A stretch of 63,813 nucleotides of DNA, counting the filler. It is 8 parts of 8 records of this genome, joined end to end, with 100 filler letters (N's around TTAATTAATTAA, not from the genome) between each part and the next. Parts side by side here need not be neighbours in the genome. Positions count along the whole stretch, not along the records: positions 1 to 5,556 come from SRR31147125_34855; positions 5,657 to 11,407 come from SRR31147125_34858; 6 more parts are not named here. One strand, 5' to 3'. Below, piece by piece: positions 1 to 11,238 of this stretch; position 1 is the stretch's first letter; each line of letters starts with the position of its first letter. The notes below the pieces were generated by a model. The model had not been told where the DNA came from. It searched no databases and was given only the letters and a program-made list of their open reading frames with translations. A program made the position numbers and the translations under genes.

Positions 1-1
1 G

Positions 2-121
2 GGGGATTTGCATCTCCAGGGCGTCATCGTTGATATTGATAAAAATGGCAGAGCCGAGGGTATAGAAACCGTCGATATTGCCAGTGTGGAGGAGCCAGAT
101 GATCCGTACGGTCGTAATTGA
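2..121 (+). CDS. YmdB/TIGR00282-family metallophosphoesterase, C-terminal fragment (5'-truncated)
   Basis: Frame from base 2 reads GDLHLQGVIVDIDKNGRAEGIETVDIASVEEPDDPYGRN*, matching the LQGVxVxID..GRA..I tail of this family; not in the ORF track. Confidence 0.6.
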   Translation, partial: GDLHLQGVIVDIDKNGRAEGIETVDIASVEEPDDPYGRN

Positions 122-610
122 GAAGGCTGGAGATCAGCCTTTGGTGAAGAATGACGACATTCCTTCGGCCAAAGCCGCCACCTCCCGGAAATTCTGGGGT
201 GTGAAGGAACGGCCCTACCGGGTCGCCAATCCCGACGGACTGGAGCTCGACGAAGGCGATACGGTGGAAATTTACTTGCCGCCGGGCCGGACCATCTGGT
301 CGGCAACTCTCACGTTCCTGCTCCCTCTCGCTATGTTTCCGGTGGGTTTTCCCTGGCTGGCTCGTTGTTTCCGAAGGCCCTGGGATCGGCCACCGGAGCT
401 GAGGCCATGGCGGTCGATGAAGGCCTGGCGTTCCTTGTCGGTTTCGGATTTCTTCTGGCAGGCATCCCTCTGGGCTACCTGGTCAGGAAAATCGCCGGAG
501 GCCTGACGGCGGTGCCCGTCATCACCAGGGTCCTGAATCCCCTGGAAGCGATGAACTGCAAACTGAAGGCGAAAGCCGAGGGATGCGGTTCCTGCAAGGC
601 CTGCGGCTAG
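99..610 (+). CDS. RseC/MucC-family membrane protein (one frameshift near 347-353)
   Basis: ATG at 99 after GGAGGAG; VANPDGLELDEGDTVEIYLP followed by two TM helices. Adding one T in GGGTTTTCCC joins ORFs 78..506 and 365..610; ends in GCGSCKACG. Confidence 0.65.
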
Positions 611-612
611 CC

Positions 613-900
613 ATGTCCCTCTATCGAGTCCATTTCACCTGGAAGGAAAAACAGGCACTGGTGAAATGCCGCAGCCTGGATCTGACCCATCCCTACTTCG
701 TTTCCATGAAAGATCTCGTTTTCTCCAGGGAATCGACGCTGGTGATCAATCCCGCCGAAGACGACATCCGCCGTGAGTTCGAGGGAACCGACCACATCAT
801 GATCCCCTTCCAGACGGTCACGTTGATTGAGGAGTTTTCGGACGAAACCCTGAAGAAACAGTCCGAGACCGGCGAAACCATCGATTTCCCCCAAACCTGA
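613..900 (+). CDS. DUF1820-family protein
   Basis: MSLYRVHFTWKEK...HPYFVSMKDLVF...LVINPAEDDIRREF...IMIPFQTVTLIEE; ATG at 613, 2 nt after the upstream stop. Confidence 0.7.
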   Translation: MSLYRVHFTWKEKQALVKCRSLDLTHPYFVSMKDLVFSRESTLVINPAEDDIRREFEGTDHIMIPFQTVTLIEEFSDETLKKQSETGETIDFPQT

Positions 901-926
901 CCGGGATACCTGGATCCAGTCGATTT

Positions 927-2057
927 TCAGCTCGATACCAGTTCGTTGATCGTCCCGGCCACAGCGCTCAGCGCCACCACCTTCGTGATGTACTTGTGCT
1001 CAATGGCTACTCTGGGCATGCCGAACACAACCGAGCTTTCTTCATCCTGGGCGAGGGTGGTGGATCCTTCGGCGTAGATTTTGCCGATTTCCTGGAGCCG
1101 TCTCTCCCCATACCGGTCATGATGACCGCCAGGGCCGCGTTCCCGAACTGTTCGGCGATTGAGTCGAACAGAACACCTGCCGAGGGTTTGTGGCCGTTCA
1201 CGTTCTCGCCGTCCACGACACGGGCGATGGTGGCGAGGATTTCCTTTCCACCTTGACATGCCTGTCTCCCGGGGCGATGAGGATCCGGCCGGGTTTGAGG
1301 ATGTCGCCGTCGGCGGCTTCCTTCACCTCCAGCGGGCAGATCTTGTTCAGACTGTTGGCGAATTCGGCGGTGAATCCCGCCGGCATATGCTGGACCACAA
1401 CGATGGGGGCCTGGAGATTCGGATCAATTTCGGCAAAGACCTGCCTGAGGGCGTTCGGCCCTCCGGTGGAGATGCCTATGGCCACAATCGAGGGACTGGC
1501 CGGCGACCTCTTCGGATTCTGCTCCGGCCAGTCGTCCTGCCTGGCCGGCAGCCGTGCTGCCGCTGGCTTTGGCGCGGGTCTGGTTAACTGCGGGGTAGGT
1601 ACGGCGGCTTGTTCGGGTTTGTAGACGCTTCCATCGAGTCGGGCTTTCTTCCGACGGTAGGTTCGGCCGAAACCTTTGACCAGGGATATCAGCTCTTCGG
1701 CGGTTTCCCTGTTGGCGTCGGAGATCCGCTGGGTTTTGTGATGAAATCCGACGCTCCCAGAGACAGGGCGTTCATGGTGACTTCCGCGCCTTTCTTGGCC
1801 ACCGCCGACAGGATGACCACCGGGACTTCCCACTTGTTCTCCCGGCGTTTCTCCAGGAATCCCAGGCCGTCGAGTTCGGGCATCTCCAGATCCAGGACGA
1901 TGACGTCGGGATTCAGGGCCGCGGTTTTCCTGAGGGCGAAGTTGCCGTTCATGGCGGTTCCCACAACCTCAATTTCCGGATCGCTGTCCAGCATCCGCTT
2001 GATCAGGTTGCGCATCAAAGCCGAGTCATCAACTATCAGTACGGAAACAGGCTCCAA
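927..2057 (-). CDS. cheB: Chemotaxis response regulator/methylesterase CheB (three frameshifts near 1720, 1237, 1095)
   Basis: REC domain (VLIVDDSALMR, VLDLEMP) and methylesterase triad motifs GISTGG, VQHMP, MTGMGRDG, plus SSVVFGMP, spread over four ORFs; TTG start with AGGAG RBS. Confidence 0.93.
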
Positions 2058-2068
2058 CTTGTCAGCTC

Positions 2069-2887
2069 CTATGCCTGCATCTTCCCATAGAGGCAGGCCC
2101 AGTCGGTTTTAATGAATTCGAACTTCGTATCCATGCCGAACAGGGACTCGGAGTGACCGATAAACAGATAGGCATGGGGGCCCATTGAATCCCAGAAATG
2201 GTCGATAACGTTCTTCTGGGCCGCATCGTCGAAGTAGATCAGGACATTCCGGCAGAAAACGATGTCCAGATCTTTCAACCCGCTGTCGAATTTCAGATTG
2301 TGGTAGTCGAACTTGATCAGGTGCCGGATTTCATCCTTCACCTGGTAGCCGTCGTCTCTCGGGTTGAAATACTTGCTCAGGTAGGTTTCAGGTATTCCGG
2401 AAACCCGGGAGGAGGGATAGTAGCCTTCCTTGGCTTTCATCAGCGACTTCAGACTCAGGTCCGACGCGGTGACTTCTATCTTCCATCCGGGAGGCAGGTG
2501 TTCGGAGAGCACCATGGCGTTGGTATAGGGCTCCTCTCCGGTGGAACAGCCGGCGCTCCAGATTCTGATGCTCCTGTCGCCCCGGGCTGTCTTGATCTTC
2601 ACGAGGTCGGGAATCACATGGTTGATGAATGTATCGTAGTGGGCCTGGTTCCTGAAGAACCTGGTGAGGTTGGTGGTAATCGCATCCAGGAAGTATTTCG
2701 TTTCGTCTTTGTCCCGGCGCAGGAGGCCCAGATAGCTGGATGGGGTGTCCGTATCCAGGGTTCGCAGTCGTTCCTTGAGTCGGCTTTCCAGAATCGATCG
2801 GTTGGACTCTGAGAAGTGGATTCCACTCTCTGCGTATATGTAATCCCGAATACTCTGGAACACGCTATCGTTCAGGAAGTCAGACAT
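2069..2887 (-). CDS. cheR: Chemotaxis protein-glutamate methyltransferase CheR
   Basis: TTNLTRFFR, IRIWSAGCSTGEEPYT, DIVFCRNVLIYFD, GHSESL motifs. Confidence 0.97.
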   Translation of the reverse strand: MSDFLNDSVFQSIRDYIYAESGIHFSESNRSILESRLKERLRTLDTDTPSSYLGLLRRDKDETKYFLDAITTNLTRFFRNQAHYDTFINHVIPDLVKIKTARGDRSIRIWSAGCSTGEEPYTNAMVLSEHLPPGWKIEVTASDLSLKSLMKAKEGYYPSSRVSGIPETYLSKYFNPRDDGYQVKDEIRHLIKFDYHNLKFDSGLKDLDIVFCRNVLIYFDDAAQKNVIDHFWDSMGPHAYLFIGHSESLFGMDTKFEFIKTDWACLYGKMQA

Positions 2888-2995
2888 ATTTATTCGCAGC
2901 TCCTAGGATCATTAAAGTCTAGGTTCCGCTTGTAGAGGTGTCAACTTCAGGATGTTGTCCTGAAATATTCCGATAACGCGATATAATCGGAATTA

Positions 2996-3501
2996 ATGTT
3001 CTCGCGTTTAACAGATTCCTCCTCAGTATTGTTGGTGTCGCCCTTGAGGGACCCGGGGGATCGCCGGTTATTGTTCTTGAATCCCCGGACAACGGCCGAT
3101 TCCTGCCCATTGCTATTGATCCCTTCGATGCCGAGGCCTTGATCAGGGACTTTCTTGATGATGATTATCCGGAAGATCCCGCCGATCATACAGCCACAAC
3201 CTGGCTGGCTGAACTGATCCGTCGTTCCCCTCCGCGATTCGCCAGAATAGAACTCTCCGACGAAGGCTCGCCTCAGATGAGGCTCCAGTTCGGCGCGTTG
3301 CCCTCTCGGAAAGACCGCTTCCTTTCTCCTGGAGAAGGGCTGGTTCTCTGCCGGAAACTGGATCTGCCCATCCGGGCGTCGGAATTGCTGTATGAGACAA
3401 CCCGGGAAGATCTCCACTGGATGAGCTCCAACGGAACCTTCAGGAGGGACTTCCTCTACCTGTCTCCTCCGCAGTATGCTCCCCGCATCCCCGTGGAATA
3501 A
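2996..3501 (+). CDS. Bifunctional-nuclease (DUF151)-like protein, divergent; probable frameshift near 3007-3009
   Basis: The frame of ORF 3139..3501 is open upstream and reads VGVALEGPGGSPVIVLESPDNGRFLPIAIDPFDAEAL (DUF151 N-terminal signature). One extra T connects it to the ATG at 2996. Confidence 0.6.
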
Positions 3502-3513
3502 CAGGATCGGAAC

Positions 3514-4332
3514 ATGAAAAAATCAGCTCTCAAAGAACAACAGGTCTGGATTACCGGCGCCTCATCAGGCATCGGACTGGAAATGTCCCTCCTTGCCGCC
3601 GAGGCAGGTGCCCACCTGACACTGTTCTCTTCCCGGAAGGACAAGCTCGCCGATGCCGCCTCTTTGTGCGCCGCCGCCGGAGCAGCTTCGGTCCGGTACG
3701 AGGCCATTGATCTTTCCGATGCCGAGAAGGCGATGAAGACGGCTTCCTCCATGCTCGAAGGCGTCCCCGCTCCTTACTTCCTGATTCTCAACGCCGGCGT
3801 TTCCCAGAGGGCGAAGGCCGCGGATACCACCCTGGAAACGGCCAGGAAGATCATCAATCTGAATTTCTTCGGTGCCGTGGCCGTATCCCAGGCCGTGCTT
3901 CCCGCCATGGTGGCCGGAGGAGGCGGCCGGATCGGCTACACCAGCAGCCTCGTGGGCGTGTTCGGCTTCCCGATGCGTTCCAGCTACTCCGCCAGTAAAC
4001 ATGCTCTCCACGGCTATTTCGAAAGCGTGGCTCTCGAATATGCGGGGGATAATATCAAAACCACCGCGGCCATCCCCGGTTTCATCCAAACCTCCATCAG
4101 CGTGAACTCCCTCTCCGGCGACGGCAGCAGGCACGGCCGAATGGACGGCAACCAGGACAAGGGAATGGACGCCCGTAAATGCGCCGACCAGTACTGGAAT
4201 GCGGTCATCAACGGCAGGTGGGAAAAGGTTATCGGCGGATTCGATACCATCATGGTGTTCTTCTACCGTCGGCTTCGATTCCTGTACCGGTTCCTCGGCA
4301 GAAGAGTCAGCCCCACAGGCAACGATACCTGA
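3514..4332 (+). CDS. Short-chain dehydrogenase/reductase (SDR)
   Basis: WITGASSGIG Rossmann motif, NAG, catalytic YSASK. Confidence 0.93.
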   Translation: MKKSALKEQQVWITGASSGIGLEMSLLAAEAGAHLTLFSSRKDKLADAASLCAAAGAASVRYEAIDLSDAEKAMKTASSMLEGVPAPYFLILNAGVSQRAKAADTTLETARKIINLNFFGAVAVSQAVLPAMVAGGGGRIGYTSSLVGVFGFPMRSSYSASKHALHGYFESVALEYAGDNIKTTAAIPGFIQTSISVNSLSGDGSRHGRMDGNQDKGMDARKCADQYWNAVINGRWEKVIGGFDTIMVFFYRRLRFLYRFLGRRVSPTGNDT

Positions 4333-4481
4333 CCCGACGCCGGCCTCACGGGCTTCCCTTCCATGACACTAGCGGGTAAACTGTCCAAAATATTTTCACG
4401 CTCCGCCGGTGACCCGGAAAATCTTCCGGTCAACTGACGGTGACGGGCTAGTAAAGGAAGCTCCAAGAGCAACCCCAATCT

Positions 4482-5363
4482 ATGGATCAACTCTCGCAAC
4501 TCGAAAGCCTTGGCATTCATATCCTGCGCGAGGCTTACGCTAATTTCCGGAACCTCTGCATGCTGTGGTCTATCGGAAAGGATTCGACTGTTCTTCTGTG
4601 GCTGGCACGGAAGGCATTCTACGGACATGTGCCCTTCCCGCTGGTGCATATCGACACTCACTATAAAATCCCCGAAATGATTCAGTATCGGGACCGGCTG
4701 GCTGCTGAATGGAAGCTGCCGATGGTCTACGGTGAGAATGCCGAAGCCCTGAGGACCAAGCAGACGTACCCCGACGGCAATATAGATCGTATCAACTGCT
4801 GCCGGCTGCTGAAGGCCGAAGCACTGAAGAACACCCTGAGCGGAGAATGGCCCCGCTACCGTTTCAACCACGATAAAGGCGCCTATGAGGTGGATAAGGA
4901 TACCGAAGCCTACACTGGCGTAATCGTCGGTGTTCGCTCTGACGAAGAGGGCTCCCGTTCCAAGGAACGGTACTTCTCTCCCAGGGACACCGAAAACACC
5001 TGGGACGTGGGCGATCAGCCTCCGGAATTCTGGAATCAATTCAAGACAGATTTCGCTCCCGGCACCCATGTGCGCATCCATCCTCTCCTGGACTGGACCG
5101 AAACCAATATCTGGGAATACATCGAACGGGAGAATATCCCCACTGTCTCCCTCTATTACGACCAGGGCGAAGGCAAGCGCTACCGCTCACTGGGATGCGG
5201 TCCCTGCACCCACGCTGTGGATTCTGACGCCAAGAATGTCCGGGAGATTATCGTGGAGCTCCAGTCCGGCAAATTCGCCAACATCGCCGAACGTTCCGGA
5301 CGGGCCCAGGACAAAGAAGACGGCGGTGGTCTGGAAACCCTGCGACGCGAGGGCTACATGTAA
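4482..5363 (+). CDS. cysD: Sulfate adenylyltransferase subunit 2
   Basis: [12 protein letters not shown]-motif, [28 protein letters not shown], terminal REGYM. Confidence 0.95.
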   Translation: MDQLSQLESLGIHILREAYANFRNLCMLWSIGKDSTVLLWLARKAFYGHVPFPLVHIDTHYKIPEMIQYRDRLAAEWKLPMVYGENAEALRTKQTYPDGNIDRINCCRLLKAEALKNTLSGEWPRYRFNHDKGAYEVDKDTEAYTGVIVGVRSDEEGSRSKERYFSPRDTENTWDVGDQPPEFWNQFKTDFAPGTHVRIHPLLDWTETNIWEYIERENIPTVSLYYDQGEGKRYRSLGCGPCTHAVDSDAKNVREIIVELQSGKFANIAERSGRAQDKEDGGGLETLRREGYM

Positions 5364-5556
5364 TGGCGGATACCAACAGTCTCGAGCAGCTTGAACACAT
5401 GAATGTCGTGATCACCGGACATGTGGATCACGGTAAGAGCACCGTTATCGGACGTCTGATGGCCGACACCGGCAGTCTGCCCGACGGCAAGCTGGAAGCC
5501 GTGAAAGCCAATTGCGCCCGGAACTCCAAACCCTTCGAATACGCCTTCCTGCTGGA
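5363..5556 (+). CDS. cysN: Sulfate adenylyltransferase subunit 1 GTPase (3'-truncated)
   Basis: [10 protein letters not shown]-loop, FEYAFLL; start overlaps the cysD stop (TAATG). Confidence 0.9.
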
Positions 5557-5656
5557 NNNNNNNNNNNNNNNNNNNNNNNNNNNNNNNNNNNNNNNNNNNN
5601 TTAATTAATTAANNNNNNNNNNNNNNNNNNNNNNNNNNNNNNNNNNNNNNNNNNNN
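5557..5656. other. Artificial contig linker
   Basis: 44 N + TTAATTAATTAA (stops in all six frames) + 44 N. Confidence 0.99.
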
Positions 5657-6624
5657 TTATTGCAAGATCGAATTGGGAAAAGGAATGTGCTTAATTTGGG
5701 AATGGTGATTACAATATTTGGACTGTTGATTCCATTCTTGTTTTACACATTTGAAATGGTGCTGATTGGTTTTACACTACTTGGGATTGGGAATACAATT
5801 GTTCAGGTTTCAGCAAATCCATTGCTGGTTGATGTTGTGCCATCAAACAAAAGATCAAGCTTTTTGAGCTTTTCCCAATTTGTTAAAGCAGTTGGTTCTA
5901 TGGTAGCTGCTCCTTTGGCTGGCTGGTTGGCCGCTCAGTATGGCGATTGGAAAATCTTATTTGTTGTATTTGGAGTAGTTTCAGTTTTAGCGGTTGTTTG
6001 GTTAGCGTCAACCAAAATTGTGGAAACAAAAAATACTGAACAGCGTGCCACGTTTATGTCTTCGTTTAAGTTGCTGGGGAATAGCTTTGTTTCAGTAATG
6101 GTTATTTGCATTTTTCTTATTGTTGGTATTGATGTTGGCATAAATGCAGTTTCAGGGCAGTTTTTGTTAGGAAAGTTTAGTTCTGAACAAACATTAGCTG
6201 AGTCTGCAAGAAGCCTTTATTTCTTCGGGAAAATGCTTGGAACTTTTGGTGGAGCAATTATACTTGCTAAGTTTTCATCACGTAAATTCTTTGTGTGGTC
6301 TTCAGTTTTAGGGTTACTTTCAATGGTAGGATTAATATTTGCTCCTACTGAATTTATTACATTAATTATCATTTTTATTGTCGGATTAGGTATTGCTAAT
6401 ATATTCCCACTCGTTTTTTCACTAACCGTTGAACGTTACCCAGAACGAGCCAACGAAATTTCAGGGTTGATGATTATGGCTGTGTCCGGGGGAGCTGTTT
6501 TGCCTCCTTTAATGGGGTGGATTGCTGATTTATCCAGTGTTACTGCTTCGGTAATGGTTCTTGTTGTTTCTATTTGTTTCATTTTAATTGTTTCGCTTTA
6601 TGTTGGTAAGCAAAAACTAAATAA
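5657..6624 (+). CDS. MFS sugar transporter, FucP/GluP-like (5'-truncated)
   Basis: QDRIGKR loop, GNTIVQVSANP, ANIFPLVFS, EISGLMIMAVSGGAVLPP, many TM helices. The end assumes one missing A at 6612-6616 (…YVGKQKTK*). Confidence 0.85.
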
Positions 6625-8995
6625 AATATTAATTCATTTCGTATTTGTGCTATTCTTTATTAGTTGTGCAATAAAAAAGGACATTGAACCTAAATTTGAT
6701 GCAGTGCAGTATGTTGACCCTCAAATTGGTTCTGTCCATGGTCGCTGGTTTTTTTATACACCTGCCGCTTTGCCATTTGGAATGGCAAAACTAGCGCCTC
6801 ATACTAATGCATATAATGGTCCTGGAAGTTGGATGCCACAAGGTTATGACGATAGGCACAATTCAATAGAAGGATTTGGTCATTTTCATGAGTTTCAGAT
6901 TGGTGGGCTTGTAGTAATGCCGGCAACAGGTAAACTTAAAACGGTTCCAGGAACACTCGAAAATCCAGATGAAGGATATCGCTCGCGTTTTGATAAAGAA
7001 ACCGAGTATGCCGAGGCAGGTTTTTATTCTGTATTACTGAAGGATTATAATATAAAAGCTGAGCTTACAGCTACTGAACGAGTAGGTTTTCATCGATACC
7101 TATATCCTGAATCAAAAAAATCACACTTGATTTTTGATATTGGGCATATGCAAGGTGAGAGTAAAACAGTAACCGATGCTTTTGTTCAAATGATTGATAA
7201 TTATGAAGTCGAAGGTTATATCGAAACGTTGCCTGAATATCTTACATTTTGTGATCCTGAGAATAGGGTTACCATGTATTTTGTAATGAAACTGGATAAA
7301 AAACCAGAATCATTCGGGACTTTTGTAAATGAAGATATTTCACGAAATGAAAGAAAAAGCAAAGGCATTGAAAATGGAATGTATTTTTCTTTTTCAACCA
7401 AACAGAATGAAGTTGTAGAGTTACAGGTTGGATTATCATATACGAGTATTGAGAATGCGCGGGTAAATCTTAAGGCAGAAAGCAAGGGGCAAACATTTGA
7501 GCAGGTGAAAGAAACTGCGAAACAAAAGTGGAATGAAAAACTTGGTCGTTTAAAAGTAGAAGGAGGATCTGAAAATGACCGAATTAAATTCTATACTGCC
7601 CTATATCACGCTATACTCGGTCGTGGTTTGGCTAGCGATGTGAACGGACAATTTATACAGAATGATAATACGATTGGGCAAATACCTCTCGATAAAGAAG
7701 GTCATCCTAAATACAATCATTATAACACCGATGGTATTTGGGGAGCTTTCTGGAACTTAGGACAACTTTGGGCTTTAGCGTATCCTGACTTTATGAGCGA
7801 TTACGTGCAAACAAACATAGACTTCTACAAAAACTCGGGATGGTTGCATGATGGAATGGCAGCAGGTGCGTATACCAATGGAGTTCAAACTAATTTTCAG
7901 GCCTTATTTATGGCTTCAGCTTACAATTGTGGAATACGCGATTTTGATCTTATAACGGGATATAATGCTGCGGTTAAAAACGAATTAGATTATAATGGGC
8001 GTAATGCTGGAAATGGTAAATATGATCTTAGTTATTTTGTTGAAGGTGGATATGTTCCATCTCTTGATTTTAAGATATCCAGTGGATGGACATATGATTT
8101 TGGATGTTCGCATACCTTAGAATATGCTTTTAGCTCATATGCAGTTGCTCAAATGGCACAATCGTTAGGTCATGATGAGGATTACGCTACATTAATTAAA
8201 CAATCTGATTATTGGAAAAACATATTTGATACTGAAACGAAGTTTATTCGCCCCAGATATCAGGAAGGTAACTTTGTTGAGAATTTTAATCCAATGGAGG
8301 GATGGCGTGGTTTTCAGGAGGGAAATGCCTATCAGTATACATGGTATGTTCCGCACGATCAGGCTGGATTAATTGATTTAATTGGTGTTGACTTGTATAA
8401 TGAACGACTGGAAAAAACATTTACTGAAAGTCAAAAATCAACATTTGGAGGTGGAGATGAGATTGATAGTTTTTCAGGAGTAGAGAAATTATACAATCAT
8501 GGCAATCAACCTTGTTTGCATCAGCCCTGGCTATTTAACTACTCTGGAAAACCATGGCTAACTCAAAAATGGACCCGTACCATTTGCAATGAATTTTATG
8601 GAACAACTCCACTACAGGGTTATGGTTATGGACAGGATGAAGATCAGGGGCAACTAGGAGCATGGTATGTTATGGCCTCAATTGGTTTGTTTGACGTGCA
8701 AGGTCATGCAGCGTCTAATCCGACTTTTCAGTTTGGAAGCCCTATGTTTGATAGAATTACAATTCAATTGGACAACAGCTATTATCAAGGGAAAGAACTT
8801 GTAATTGAAACTACTAATAACTCAATGGAGAATATCTATATGCAATCAGCTTCTTTTAATGGTGATGCACTAGAAAACTGCTGGATAGACCGCTCGGTTT
8901 TGACAAAAGGTGGAACTCTTCGTTTTGAAATGGGGAATGAACCGAATAAGCAATGGGGGATAAAAACAGCTCCTTCTTCTATGAGTAAACAATAA
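6600..8995 (+). CDS. GH92 alpha-mannosidase, probable lipoprotein
   Basis: YVDPQIGS, PFGMAKL, HTLEY, FQEGNAYQYTW, HGNQP, DEDQGQLGAW motifs; lipobox FFISC (Cys codon 6665-6667). The ATG at 6600 is in frame if one A is added at 6612-6616. Confidence 0.92.
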
Positions 8996-9081
8996 ATTGA
9001 ATGGCGATCATCCTGATTATACACAAGGGATAAGAAATGGAGAGTCGAAAAATTTCAAACGATTGATAATTAAGATAGAAC

Positions 9082-10848
9082 GTGAAATATAATTACAGAA
9101 AGACCGGACAATTTTTAATGCCGGTAAAGAAAGTGAAGGAAGAGGAAGGACGATACGGAATTTATCCAAATCATTCCATTGGGAACAATAAAATACATAT
9201 CGGAACTGAACGTTTAGCGAAACAACTCGCTGGTCATTCAATTATTATTCTGGATGGATATGTGGGGGTATTTTTTGATAATCTGAAGGAGCAGTTGCAA
9301 GCACAATTGGCTGAATCAGGAAAATCGGTTAATTGGATTGATATATCTAATGCATTAAAGTCTGAGGAAGAGATTGATAGTTTGGTTGAACCATTTATTG
9401 GTGGGGATAATCCTATTTTTGGAACACGGGCCACGTTCAATTTAGTTGAATTTTACGATCCTGAAAAACTAAAAAATATTGTTCCATATACTGATTATGA
9501 CATAAATGTAGTGTATGGAATTGGTGCAAATCTTGTTAATTGGAAAGGTTTCTTGGTTTATGCTGATCTTCCCAAAAATGAACTTCAGTTTAGGGCTAGA
9601 GCAAAATCAATCACTAATATTGGTGCCAGTCAGCCAGATGAAATAAAGCCAATGTATAAAAGGTTCTATTTTGTTGATTGGGTCGTACTCAATAAACACA
9701 AGCAAGATATTCTTTCAGAAATAGACCTGTTTGTAGATGAACAACGCACAGATGAGATAAGCTGGTTAAAAGGTTCGGACTTAAGAAAAGGGCTAAATGA
9801 AATAAGCAAAAACGTTTTTCGCGTACGTCCTTGGTTCGAACCTGGTGCATGGGGTGGACAATGGGTGATGGATAAAATTGATGGACTTAACAAAGATGTA
9901 CCAAACTATGCATGGTCTTTTGAATTAATTGTTCCTGAAAATGGGGTAGTCTTTGAAAGTTCCGGCAATGTATTTGAAATCTCATTTGATTGCTTGATGT
10001 TTCAGGAAGGAAAGGCTGTTTTAGGAGATGCTTATGAACAATATGGTGTCGAATTCCCAATACGTTTCGATTTCCTTGATACCTTCAATGGTGGCAATTT
10101 ATCAGTTCAGTGTCATCCTCGTCCAGAATATATTAAAGAACATTTTGGAGAAAATTTCACACAGGAAGAGACCTATTACATTTTGGATGCAGACAATGAT
10201 GCAAAGTGTTATCTGGGTTTTCAGGAAACAATTAATCCAGAAGAATTTGAGAATGAATTGAAATACAGTTTCAATAATAATGAGGCAATTGATATTACCA
10301 AACATGTTCAGGTACTTGACTCTAATAAACACGATTTATTTCTGATTCCGCCCGGAACGATTCACGGGGCTGGTATTGGAAATCTTGTTCTTGAAATAAG
10401 TTCTACACCGTATATTTTTACATTTAAAATGTACGATTGGATGCGTCTTGATATGGATGGAAAACCACGCCCTATTAATATTCAACGAGGTATGGATAAT
10501 CTGTATTTCGATAGAAAAGGTGACTATGTGCCTGAAAAGTTAGTTGCCCATCCATATATTCTTGAAGAAGGTTCAGGCTGGAAACTATATCATTTGCCTA
10601 CTCATGAAAAACATACGTACGATGTACATCGGTTTCATTTAAATACTAAAGTTAATGTGAATACCAATGGAAAGTGCCATGTGCTGAGCTTGGTTGAAGG
10701 AAACAGCATACGTATTGAGACTGAAAATGGAGTAAAGCAGCGATATAATTACGCGGAAACTTTTGTTATTCCGGCAGAAGCCAAATCATATAAAATAATT
10801 AATGAATCAGGAATAGAAGCAATGATTGTTAAAGCTTTTATGAAGTAA
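9082..10848 (+). CDS. Class I mannose-6-phosphate isomerase, long Bacteroidota form
   Basis: [36 protein letters not shown] cupin metal motifs, EISSTP. Confidence 0.88.
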   Translation: MKYNYRKTGQFLMPVKKVKEEEGRYGIYPNHSIGNNKIHIGTERLAKQLAGHSIIILDGYVGVFFDNLKEQLQAQLAESGKSVNWIDISNALKSEEEIDSLVEPFIGGDNPIFGTRATFNLVEFYDPEKLKNIVPYTDYDINVVYGIGANLVNWKGFLVYADLPKNELQFRARAKSITNIGASQPDEIKPMYKRFYFVDWVVLNKHKQDILSEIDLFVDEQRTDEISWLKGSDLRKGLNEISKNVFRVRPWFEPGAWGGQWVMDKIDGLNKDVPNYAWSFELIVPENGVVFESSGNVFEISFDCLMFQEGKAVLGDAYEQYGVEFPIRFDFLDTFNGGNLSVQCHPRPEYIKEHFGENFTQEETYYILDADNDAKCYLGFQETINPEEFENELKYSFNNNEAIDITKHVQVLDSNKHDLFLIPPGTIHGAGIGNLVLEISSTPYIFTFKMYDWMRLDMDGKPRPINIQRGMDNLYFDRKGDYVPEKLVAHPYILEEGSGWKLYHLPTHEKHTYDVHRFHLNTKVNVNTNGKCHVLSLVEGNSIRIETENGVKQRYNYAETFVIPAEAKSYKIINESGIEAMIVKAFMK

Positions 10849-10882
10849 TAAATCTTGCCTTTAAATATTAAAACTATAAATA

Positions 10883-10960
10883 ATGAGACATCTGGCTTTG
10901 TATCTTTTCTTATTAGGTACTTCTCTTAGCGCCTGCAGAGCAGAAAATAATGTTTGGTAG
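10883..10960 (+). pseudogene. Remnant N-terminus of a lipoprotein gene
   Basis: MRHLALYLFLLGTSLSACRAENNVW* with lipobox LSAC, followed by several in-frame stops. Confidence 0.4.
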
Positions 10961-11238
10961 ATTGAATAATAATAACTGGAAAGCTTTTAATAATTTATCA
11001 AGCAGCCATTTCATATTTTTGCGCGTTACTAGCTTACCTGGTGCTTAGGTATTAGGAAGGTTGTGTGGTAGTTGGTATGATAAATTCGCAACTAGATAGA
11101 AGTAAATGACTCATGAAATAATCATTTTGAATGGGAAGGAAAGAATGAATACAGTCCTCTGCTTAATGCTAACAAATGACTCGTATAGTTTAGCAAGCTG
11201 AATTTTAAACATCGTAGTTTAAAAAGTTTTCATTTATT

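Noticed and set aside
927..2057. cheB as a pseudogene or programmed-frameshift gene
   Set aside because: All catalytic motifs are intact and the breaks follow the window-wide single-base under-call pattern
2947..3417. 156-aa minus-strand ORF
   Set aside because: Shadow of the DUF151-like gene on the plus strand, which has recognisable motifs
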